From an uncultured Chloroflexota bacterium (GTDB taxonomy: Bacteria > Chloroflexota > UBA11872): a stretch of DNA of 64,000 nt. Shown here in pieces: positions 26,208-34,201 of the stretch. The DNA lies in contig OY282448.1 of assembly GCA_958296175.1 (NCBI GenBank), forward strand, positions 2,150,612-2,214,611, read 5' to 3'. A model generated the notes under the pieces. It saw nothing but the letters and a program-made list of their open reading frames with translations, made no database searches and was not told the DNA's origin. How positions within the stretch are numbered: the stretch's first letter is position 1; every line of letters begins with the position of its first letter. A program made the position numbers and the translations under genes.

Positions 26208-26430
26208 ACGTGTCATCGAGGTCGTGGCCGACAAGCTGGACGTCCCGGTGGATGAGATTTCGACCCAGTCGCGCTTTGTCGAAGATCTGAACGCCGACTC
26301 GCTGGATCAGGTCGAGCTCATCATGGCGCTCGAAGACGAATACGACATCACGATCCCGGACGAGGACGCGCAAAAGATCGCCACGATCAACGACGCCGTC
26401 AGCTATATCGACTCGCAGGAAAACTCCTAG
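26194..26430 (+). CDS. acpP: Acyl carrier protein
   Basis: 78 aa with phosphopantetheine-attachment motif LNADSLDQVELIM. GTG start preceded by AAGAGGG; overlaps the bioY 3' end by 14 nt. Confidence 0.9.
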   Translation: MGTVERVIEVVADKLDVPVDEISTQSRFVEDLNADSLDQVELIMALEDEYDITIPDEDAQKIATINDAVSYIDSQENS

Positions 26431-26528
26431 CCGAGCGGCGGCGCGTCCAGGCGGCCGCCGTCCATGGCCGGCCTGGCCGCAGGACGGCTGCGTGAATGGC
26501 GGCCGCCGCCCCCAAGACCGTACGGGGA

Positions 26529-26557
26529 GGGCGGGGTTCGGAACCCGCCCGTTCGTG
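26529..26557 (+). terminator. Candidate acpP terminator: GC hairpin (GGGCGGG-GTTCGGA-ACCCGCCC) followed by a weak GTTCGTG tail
   Basis: Seen directly ~95 nt downstream of the acpP stop. Confidence 0.35.
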
Positions 26558-26663
26558 CGCCGAATCCGAGCGCAGGGGCTGTGCGGCATTCCCCCGCGCC
26601 GGCGGGAATGACGAGCGTCGCGCTAGTCGCCTATCGAGGTGGACCCCGCGCCTCGGAGGTCGT

Positions 26664-26688
26664 GAAAAGAGACCCTGACGCAGGTCTC
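26664..26688 (-). terminator. Candidate intrinsic terminator of the nuo operon (minus-strand hairpin GAGACC-tgcgtcag-GGTCTC followed by TTTTC)
   Basis: Seen directly ~90 nt downstream of the nuoN stop on the minus strand. Confidence 0.5.
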
Positions 26689-26776
26689 GCAGGAATCCGC
26701 TGACGGCCGCAGCCGCGGGTCCCCCGTCGTTCCGGCGAAGGCCGGAATCCAGACTGGCCGGCCCGCGAACGCGCGC

Positions 26777-28270
26777 TTACAGCAGCGAGCTGGCGACGGC
26801 CGCCTGCGCCCAGGCCAGCAGCCCGCCGCCCACGATGCCGAAGGCCACCGTTGCGCCCGCCGTCACGGCCACCACGGCCGAATGCGCGTCGGCCACCGCG
26901 CCCGACGCCGCGGGCGCGTCCGCCGCCGCAGACGCCGCGGCCGGCGCGTCTTCGTCCTCCATGAACATCAGCACCACCACCCGCAGGTAGTAGAACGCCG
27001 ACACCACCGAGGTCACCACCAGCGTGACGGCCAGCCAGCCCAGGCCGGCGTCCACCGCGGATTGCAGAATGTAGAGCTTGCCCAGGAAACCGGACAGCGG
27101 CGGCACGCCCGTCAGCGAGAGCATGAAGACTGCCATCGCCGCCGCCGGCAGCATGGAGCGCCGCGCCAGACCGCGGAAGGCGCTCAGGTCGTTGCTGTCC
27201 GTCTGGGCTTCCACCACGTAGGCCACCGCGAACGCGCCGAAGGTCATCAGCGCATAGACGAAACCGTAGAACAACACCGACGGCACGCCCACGAAGTCGG
27301 CGCCCGCGTCCGTCTGGCTGACGGCGGCCACGCCCACCAGCATGTAGCCCGTGTGCGCGATGCTGGAATAGCCCAGCATGCGCTTCACGTCCGACTGCGC
27401 AATGGCTGCCAGGTTGCCCAAGATCATGGTGGCGGCGGCGATGACCGCCAGCGCCACGGTGATGTTGGCGGCCAGCGGCTCGAAGGCCAGCGTCACCACC
27501 CGCGCCAGCAGCGCCATGGCGGCCACTTTGGGGCCAACCGAGACGAATGCCGCGGCTGGCGTGGGCGCGCCCTGATAGGCGTCGGGCGTCCAGGCGTGGA
27601 ACGGCACGGCCGCCACCTTGAACCCCAGCGCGACCAGAATCAACCCCAGCGCGAACAGGCTCCAGGGTTCGTCGCCGCGGCTGGCGATGCCGTCCGCCGT
27701 CTCGGCCAGGCTGGTCGTGCCCGTCAGCCCGTAGCTCCAGGCGATGCCGTACACCAGCACCGCCGAGGCGAACGCGCCCAACGCGAAGTACTTCATGGCC
27801 GCTTCCAGCGAGGCGCGCCGGAAGCGGGTCAATCCCACCAGCACGTACACCGGAATGGCCATGGTCTCGATGGCGATGAAGGCCGTGGCCCAGTCCGCCG
27901 CCCCGACCAGCAGCATCATGCCCAGCAGCGAGAACTGCAGCAGCGCCGCAAAGTCGATGAGCGGCGCCGAGGGAAACCGCTGCGCGCCGAAGACGATGGC
28001 CAGCGAGGCCAGCAGGAGGAACAGCGTGCGGAAGAAGGTGGAATAGCCGTCCACCACCAGCTGCCCGGCGAAGAGCTCCACGGCGGCGCCGTCGGCCGGC
28101 GTGCGCATGAATAGCATCAGCGCCGCGGAACCGTTGCCGGCCAGCGCAATGCTCACGCTCATCCAGCGCCGGTCGCCGCGCGTGATTGCCGCCCACAGCA
28201 GCAGTGTCAGCGCCGTGCCCAGCACGATCAGCTCGGGAACGACGTAGCCCAGGTCGCCAGGTTCGATCAT
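26777..28270 (-). CDS. nuoN: NADH-quinone oxidoreductase subunit N
   Basis: ~14-TM antiporter-like subunit, last gene of the cluster. Confidence 0.9.
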   Translation of the reverse strand: MIEPGDLGYVVPELIVLGTALTLLLWAAITRGDRRWMSVSIALAGNGSAALMLFMRTPADGAAVELFAGQLVVDGYSTFFRTLFLLLASLAIVFGAQRFPSAPLIDFAALLQFSLLGMMLLVGAADWATAFIAIETMAIPVYVLVGLTRFRRASLEAAMKYFALGAFASAVLVYGIAWSYGLTGTTSLAETADGIASRGDEPWSLFALGLILVALGFKVAAVPFHAWTPDAYQGAPTPAAAFVSVGPKVAAMALLARVVTLAFEPLAANITVALAVIAAATMILGNLAAIAQSDVKRMLGYSSIAHTGYMLVGVAAVSQTDAGADFVGVPSVLFYGFVYALMTFGAFAVAYVVEAQTDSNDLSAFRGLARRSMLPAAAMAVFMLSLTGVPPLSGFLGKLYILQSAVDAGLGWLAVTLVVTSVVSAFYYLRVVVLMFMEDEDAPAAASAAADAPAASGAVADAHSAVVAVTAGATVAFGIVGGGLLAWAQAAVASSLL

Positions 28271-29748
28271 GGTTGCCCCGCCAGGCCGGCCGTGGCCGTG
28301 CCGAGAAGCCGCACGAACGTGTCAGGGAAAATACCCACCCACACGACTAGCACGCCCAGGCCCGCGAACGTTGCGATTTCCAGGCGGTTCGCGTCTGGAA
28401 TTGCCGCCAGGGACTGGTTGCGCAGGCGGCCCAGCACCACGCGTTGATACATCCACAGCATGTAGGCCGCCGCCAGGATCACGCCCAGCGCGGCCAGCAC
28501 GCCCACGGCCGTGTCGTAGCCGAACGCGCCGACCAGTACCAGGAACTCGCCCACGAACCCGCTCAGCAACGGAAGCCCCAGCGAGGCCAACATGAAGAAG
28601 CCGAAGATCGCCGCATACAGCGGCATCCGCGGCGCCAGGCCGCCCAGATCGTCGATGCGGCGCGTGTGGGCGCGTTCGTACACCACGCCAACCGCAAAGA
28701 ACAGCGCCGGGCTGATGACCCCGTGGCTGAGCATCTGGATGATCGCGCCGTCCATGCCGGTCTGACTGGCGGTGAAAATACCCAGCGTGACGAACCCCAT
28801 GTGGCTGACGCTGGAGTAGGCCACCAGCTTCTTGAGGTCCGGCTGCACCAGGGCCACCAGCGCGCCGTAAATGATGGCCGCCAGCGAGAGCGCCACCAGC
28901 AGGCCGCGCGTCTCGTCCACCGCCGCCGGCGTCATCGGCAGCAGGAAGCGCAGAAAACCGTAAGCGCCCATCTTGAGCAGCACGCCCGCCAGCACCATGC
29001 TGCCGGCCGTGGGCGCCTCCACGTGCGCGTCGGGCAGCCAGGTGTGGAACGGGAACATGGGCACCTTGATGGCGAAGGCCAGGAAGAAGGCCGCGAAGAC
29101 CCAGCGCTGCAGCACCAGCGGCGCGCCCGCCATTTCTGCGGGAATCGCTTCGATGTCGAACGTGCCCGTGGTCAACCGGATGGCCAGGATTGCCACCAGC
29201 ATCAACACGCTGCCGGCAAAGGTGTAGAGGAAGAACTTCACCGTGGCGTAGATGCGGCGCTCGTGCCCCCAGACTCCGATCATCAGGTACATCGGAATCA
29301 ACGCCATTTCCCAGAAGACGTAGAACAGGATGAAGTCCAGCGTGACGAACACGCCCAGCATGGCCGTCTGCAAAACGACCAGCGCCGCGAAGAACTCGCG
29401 CTCGCGCTTGTGGATGGTGAGCCAGGCCGCGCCCACCACCAGCGGTCCCAGAACGCCGGTCAGCAGGACCATCAGGATGGATACGCCGTCCACGCCTAGC
29501 TTGTAGGAAATGCCCAGGGCGGGGATCCACTCCGCCGCTTCCACGAACTGATAGCCGCTGGCGTTGTGGTCGAACCTGACCGTGACCAGGATGGCGATGG
29601 CGGCCTGCACCAGGCTGGCGGCCAGCGCTCCCAGCGCGATGGCGCCGCGGCTGCGCGCCAGCACGATGACCGGCAGCCCGACCAGCAGCGGCAGCCAGAG
29701 CGCCAGGGACAGGTAAGGAAAGTCGAGGGCGGTTTCGCCGGTTGTCAT
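28267..29748 (-). CDS. nuoM: NADH-quinone oxidoreductase subunit M
   Basis: WLPDAHVEAPTAGSMVLAGVLLKMGAYGFLRF signature. Confidence 0.9.
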   Translation of the reverse strand: MTTGETALDFPYLSLALWLPLLVGLPVIVLARSRGAIALGALAASLVQAAIAILVTVRFDHNASGYQFVEAAEWIPALGISYKLGVDGVSILMVLLTGVLGPLVVGAAWLTIHKREREFFAALVVLQTAMLGVFVTLDFILFYVFWEMALIPMYLMIGVWGHERRIYATVKFFLYTFAGSVLMLVAILAIRLTTGTFDIEAIPAEMAGAPLVLQRWVFAAFFLAFAIKVPMFPFHTWLPDAHVEAPTAGSMVLAGVLLKMGAYGFLRFLLPMTPAAVDETRGLLVALSLAAIIYGALVALVQPDLKKLVAYSSVSHMGFVTLGIFTASQTGMDGAIIQMLSHGVISPALFFAVGVVYERAHTRRIDDLGGLAPRMPLYAAIFGFFMLASLGLPLLSGFVGEFLVLVGAFGYDTAVGVLAALGVILAAAYMLWMYQRVVLGRLRNQSLAAIPDANRLEIATFAGLGVLVVWVGIFPDTFVRLLGTATAGLAGQP

Positions 29749-29752
29749 GCCG

Positions 29753-31672
29753 TCACCGGAAGAGCACCAGGCCGCCCACGGTGAGCACCAGGCCGACCAC
29801 CATCAGCAGGGCGTAGTTTTGCGCTTGTCCGGTTTGAATCCGTCCGGCCTGGCCGCCGGCGAAGCGCGACAGTTTCCCAACGCCGTTGACGATGCCGTCC
29901 ACCACGCCCGCGTCGAACCCCCACGAGAGCATAGCTGCGGCCTTGGTCAGCGCCACCATGAACCCGTCGCCCAGGTGGTCCAGGTACCACTTCTGTCGGA
30001 ACAAGGTTTCGGCGCCTGGGGCCAGCGCGCGGGCGCGCTGCGGGATTGGCAGCCCGCGGCCGTAAGCGCCCAGGGCCAGCAGCAGACCCGTCAGCGCGGC
30101 CACCGTCGACACCACGGCCAGGATCAGCGTGGGCGCCGCGCCGGCGCCTTCGAGGTGCAGCACGCCGGCGGCGTGTTCCAGATAGCCGTGGATGACGCCG
30201 TGTTCGGGCGGAATGCCCAGCACGGCCCCGCTCAGCGCCGCACCCGCCGCCAGCACGATCAGCGGCACGGTCATAACCCAGGGCGATTCGTGCGCGTGCT
30301 CGTGCAGCGCCGCGTCGCGCGGCGCGCCGTGGAAGGTCTTCACGATCATGCGGAAGGTGTAGAACGCGGTCAGCACCGAGACGGTCAGCCCGGTGGCGTA
30401 GAACAGCCAGAAGACGCCCGCGCCGTGATCGGCGGTCAGGGCGCCGCCGGGGTCGGCGGCCGCTTTCAGGAACACGTGCGCCAACACTTCATCCTTGCTC
30501 CAGAACCCGGCCAGGGGAAAGACCGCGGCCAGGGCCAGGCCGCCGAGTATGAAGGTGGCGTAGGTTACTGGCAGCTTGCGCCGCAGGCCGCCCATGCGCC
30601 GCATGTCCTGTTCGTCGTTCAGCGCGTGGATCACGCTGCCGGAGCCGAGGAACAGCAGCGCCTTGAAGAAGGCGTGCGTGGCCAGGTGAAAGATCGCCAC
30701 CGTGTAGGCGCCTGCGCCGGCCGCCAGAAACATGAGGCCCAGCTGGCTCACCGTGGAGTAGGCCAGCACGCGCTTGATGTCCGTTTGCACCAGGGCGATG
30801 GTGGCGGCCAGCACGGCCGTGAACGCGCCGACGGCCGCCACCAGCAGCAGCGCTTCCGGCGCCTGCGTGTAGAGCGGATTCATGCGCACGACCAGATACA
30901 CGCCGGCCGTCACCATGGTGGCGGCGTGAATCAGCGCGCTGACTGGCGTGGGGCCTTCCATGGCGTCGGGCAGCCACACGTGCAGCGGAAACTGCGCCGA
31001 CTTGCCCATGGCCCCGACGAACAGCAGGCAGGCGATGGCCGTCACCATGCCCGCGTCCGCCGATCCCAGCCCGGCAAAAATCTCGCGGTAGCGCAGCGTG
31101 CCGAACTCCAGGAAGGCCAGGATGATGCCGATGGCGAACCCGAAGTCCCCGATGCGGTTCACCAGGAACGCCTTCGTGGCCGCCGCGTTGGCGCTGTCGC
31201 GGTCGTACCAGTAGCCGATCAGCAGATACGAACACAGCCCCACCATCTCCCAGAAGACGAAGAGCTGCAGCAGGTTGTCGGAGATGACCAGCATGATCAT
31301 GCTGAACACGAACAGCGGAATCCAGGTGAAGAAGCGCGGCTTGTTCGCGTCGTGGTCCATGTAGCCCACCGCGTACAGCGACACCAGCGCGCTGACGCCG
31401 GTGACGACCAGCAGCATCACGATCGTCAAGGCGTCGGTCAGGAACGCGATGTCGATGGTGAAGCCGCCGCTAGCGACCCAGCGGTACAGCAGCGACTCGT
31501 CCTGGTCCGCGCCGGCGCTTGCGATCCAAAGCGCCACGGTTGCCGCAAACGACCCCACGACGGCCGCCGTGGACACCCAGCCGGTCCAGCGCGGATTGCG
31601 CCTGCCAAACAGGCCGTTGACCGCGAACGCCGCCAGCGGCAGCAGCGGGATGATCCAGGGGGCGTTCAGCAT
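29753..31672 (-). CDS. nuoL: NADH-quinone oxidoreductase subunit L
   Basis: 639 aa antiporter-like subunit with long C-terminal extension. Confidence 0.9.
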   Translation of the reverse strand: MLNAPWIIPLLPLAAFAVNGLFGRRNPRWTGWVSTAAVVGSFAATVALWIASAGADQDESLLYRWVASGGFTIDIAFLTDALTIVMLLVVTGVSALVSLYAVGYMDHDANKPRFFTWIPLFVFSMIMLVISDNLLQLFVFWEMVGLCSYLLIGYWYDRDSANAAATKAFLVNRIGDFGFAIGIILAFLEFGTLRYREIFAGLGSADAGMVTAIACLLFVGAMGKSAQFPLHVWLPDAMEGPTPVSALIHAATMVTAGVYLVVRMNPLYTQAPEALLLVAAVGAFTAVLAATIALVQTDIKRVLAYSTVSQLGLMFLAAGAGAYTVAIFHLATHAFFKALLFLGSGSVIHALNDEQDMRRMGGLRRKLPVTYATFILGGLALAAVFPLAGFWSKDEVLAHVFLKAAADPGGALTADHGAGVFWLFYATGLTVSVLTAFYTFRMIVKTFHGAPRDAALHEHAHESPWVMTVPLIVLAAGAALSGAVLGIPPEHGVIHGYLEHAAGVLHLEGAGAAPTLILAVVSTVAALTGLLLALGAYGRGLPIPQRARALAPGAETLFRQKWYLDHLGDGFMVALTKAAAMLSWGFDAGVVDGIVNGVGKLSRFAGGQAGRIQTGQAQNYALLMVVGLVLTVGGLVLFR

Positions 31673-31702
31673 CGGGGCGCACTCATCGCGTGAAGCAGGG
31701 CG

Positions 31703-32002
31703 TCACCCTCGCAGACTGTCGAGTTGGTCCACGTTGACCACCGGATACACGCGGCTCAGCGCCACCAGGATGGCAAGCCCCACGGCCACTTCCGCCGCCG
31801 CCACCGTGAGCGAGAAGATCACCAGCACGAACCCGGCCTGGTCGTCCAGATAGGCCGAGAAGGCGGCCAGCGTGACGTTGGCGCCTTGCAGCATCAGCTC
31901 GATCGACATCAGCATCACGATGGCGTTGCGGCGAATCAGCACACCCATGGCACCGATGGAAAAGATCAACGCGCCCACCACCAGAAAGCCGTTCAGCGTC
32001 AT
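31703..32002 (-). CDS. nuoK: NADH-quinone oxidoreductase subunit K
   Basis: 99 aa, three TM helices, SIELMLQGANV motif. Confidence 0.9.
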   Translation of the reverse strand: MTLNGFLVVGALIFSIGAMGVLIRRNAIVMLMSIELMLQGANVTLAAFSAYLDDQAGFVLVIFSLTVAAAEVAVGLAILVALSRVYPVVNVDQLDSLRG

Positions 32003-32643
32003 CGCGGCGATTCCTGCGCGGCCTGCGCGGCCTGTTCGGCCTGCGCCGCCGAATCAGCGCCGTTCGCCGCGGACGTCTGCGCCCGCTGGCGCGGGAAGTC
32101 GGCGCGCTCGTGCTCCTCGATGCGGCGCGCCAGCACGATTGCCCCGACGGTTGCGGCCGTCAGCATCACGCTCGCGCCCAGGAAGGGCAGCGTGTAGTCG
32201 TTGAACAACGCCACGGCCAGCGCCTCGGCGCTGCCGCCCAGTTCGGACACGGTCGCCGGCGGGAACGCGCCCTTGATCGACTCCCGCACCTCCGGCGTGC
32301 CGGCCCCGATGACGACCGCCTCCACCGCCAGCAGCAGCGCCAGCGGAATGCCCAGCCAGAGCTGCCGATGGGTCACGCGCTCTTCCGGCAGGTGCCGCAG
32401 ATCCAGCATCATCAGCGTGAACAGGAACAGCACCACAATCGCGCCCGCGTAGATGGCGATTTGCGCCACGGCCAGGAATCCGGACCCCAGGATCGCGAAG
32501 AACCCGGCCACGTGGAAGATCACCACGACCAGAGAAATGGCCGAGTGCACCGGGTTGCGCACCGAGACCATCAACAGCGACGCCGCCACCGACGCGGCGG
32601 CCAGGTACCAGAACGCGAGATGGGTTTCGATGTTGTCAGGCAT
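31999..32643 (-). CDS. nuoJ: NADH-quinone oxidoreductase subunit J
   Basis: Five-TM subunit overlapping nuoK by 4 nt. Confidence 0.85.
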   Translation of the reverse strand: MPDNIETHLAFWYLAAASVAASLLMVSVRNPVHSAISLVVVIFHVAGFFAILGSGFLAVAQIAIYAGAIVVLFLFTLMMLDLRHLPEERVTHRQLWLGIPLALLLAVEAVVIGAGTPEVRESIKGAFPPATVSELGGSAEALAVALFNDYTLPFLGASVMLTAATVGAIVLARRIEEHERADFPRQRAQTSAANGADSAAQAEQAAQAAQESPR

Positions 32644-32702
32644 CGAGACTCACCGGCGCGCGGCGCGCGCGGCTGCCGCGGCGGGGCGAGTGGAGACCGA
32701 AC

Positions 32703-33194
32703 TCAGCCACGTTCGAACCAGTTGGCAATGGCGGCGCCGGGGCCGATGTTGTGCTGTTCCGCTTCCCGATACGCCTGGTCGTTCTCGTAGATCTCGATCA
32801 TCTTCTGGCCGTCGATCAGCAGGCCGCGGCGGTCCTCGGTGACGAGGTGGAAGTCGTGCGTGCGCTGCAGGGCGTCCACCGGGCAGGCCTCGATGCAGAA
32901 GTAGCAGAACACGCAGCGCCCCACGTCGAACAGGTAGCGGTCGACGAAGCGGGTGCCGTCCGCGTTTTCGCTGGTGTCCACCCGAATCACGTCGTTGGGG
33001 CAGGCGGTCTCGCACAGGCCGCAGCCCACGCAGGTCATGCCGCCCGTCACCTCGTCGCGCCGCATGCCCACCTGGCCGCGGAAGCGGTAGCCGATGTCGC
33101 GCACGTGCTCCGGATACATCACGGTGGACGGCTTGCGCCGGCCGACCATGAGCACGGTCTTGAGTCCGGTCAGAACGCCTGATCCAAGGGGCAT
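32703..33194 (-). CDS. nuoI: NADH-quinone oxidoreductase subunit I (2x[4Fe-4S] ferredoxin)
   Basis: Two CxxCxxCxxxCP motifs (CVGCGLCETACP, CVFCYFCIEACP). Confidence 0.9.
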   Translation of the reverse strand: MPLGSGVLTGLKTVLMVGRRKPSTVMYPEHVRDIGYRFRGQVGMRRDEVTGGMTCVGCGLCETACPNDVIRVDTSENADGTRFVDRYLFDVGRCVFCYFCIEACPVDALQRTHDFHLVTEDRRGLLIDGQKMIEIYENDQAYREAEQHNIGPGAAIANWFERG

Positions 33195-33197
33195 GAG

Positions 33198-34199
33198 CTA
33201 GCTCCAGGCCATCCGCAGCGCCGCCGCCGCGAGGAGATTGAGCGCGCCAATCGGAATGAGGATCTTCCAACAGAAGTTCATCAGCTGGTCGTAGCGGAAC
33301 CGCGGCAGCGCGGCGCGGAACAGGAAGAAGGCAAAGACGAAGAGGCCGGTCTTCAGCACAAACCAGCCCACGCCGGAGATCGCCTCCAGGCCCGGAATCG
33401 TCCATCCGTGCCAGCCGCCCAGGAACAACGTGGCGGCAATGGCCGACATCAGCAGGATGTTGGCGTATTCGGCCATGAAGAAGAAGGCCCAGCGCATGCC
33501 CGAATACTCCACGTGGAAGCCCGCCACCAGCTCCGTCTCGGCCTCCGGCAGGTCCAGCGGCGCGCGGTTCGTTTCGCCCACGGCCGCGATGAGGAACAGC
33601 AGGAAGCCGATGAACTGCGGGACGATGAACCACAGACCCGCCTGCGCGTTCACGATATCCACCAGGCTGAGCGAGCCGCTGTAGACGATGACCGCCAGCA
33701 CGCCCAGGCCCAGCACCAGCTCGTAGCTGATGATTTGCGCGCTGGAGCGCAGCGCGCCCAGGTGGGCGTATTTGCTGTTCGAGGCCCAACCGGACATCAC
33801 CACGCCGTAGACCCCCAGCGACCCCATGGCCAGGAAGAACAGGACGCCCACGTTGAGGTCGGCGACCCACAGCCCGAAGGTGCGGCCAACGTCCACCGGC
33901 GGCCCGAAGGGCACCACCGCCCAGGCCGCCAGCGCCGGCGTCACCATCATCACCGGCGCAAACCAGAAGATGCCCTTGTCGGCCATGGCCGGGATCGTGT
34001 CTTCTTTGATGCCCAGTTTCAGGCCGTCGGCCGCGGTTTGCAGCGAGCCTCGCCAGCCCACGCGGTTGGGGCCGATGCGGGATTGCAAGCGGCCCAGCGT
34101 CCAGCGTTCGAATAGCACCAGCGCCAGCGGCGCCACCGGCAGCAACAGGAACACCGCCAACACCTTGGTGACGACGATGAACCAGTCCCAGAAATCCAC
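33198..34199 (-). CDS. nuoH: NADH-quinone oxidoreductase subunit H
   Basis: Eight-TM NuoH/ND1 pattern. Confidence 0.9.
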   Translation of the reverse strand: MDFWDWFIVVTKVLAVFLLLPVAPLALVLFERWTLGRLQSRIGPNRVGWRGSLQTAADGLKLGIKEDTIPAMADKGIFWFAPVMMVTPALAAWAVVPFGPPVDVGRTFGLWVADLNVGVLFFLAMGSLGVYGVVMSGWASNSKYAHLGALRSSAQIISYELVLGLGVLAVIVYSGSLSLVDIVNAQAGLWFIVPQFIGFLLFLIAAVGETNRAPLDLPEAETELVAGFHVEYSGMRWAFFFMAEYANILLMSAIAATLFLGGWHGWTIPGLEAISGVGWFVLKTGLFVFAFFLFRAALPRFRYDQLMNFCWKILIPIGALNLLAAAALRMAWS

Positions 34200-34201
34200 G
34201 C

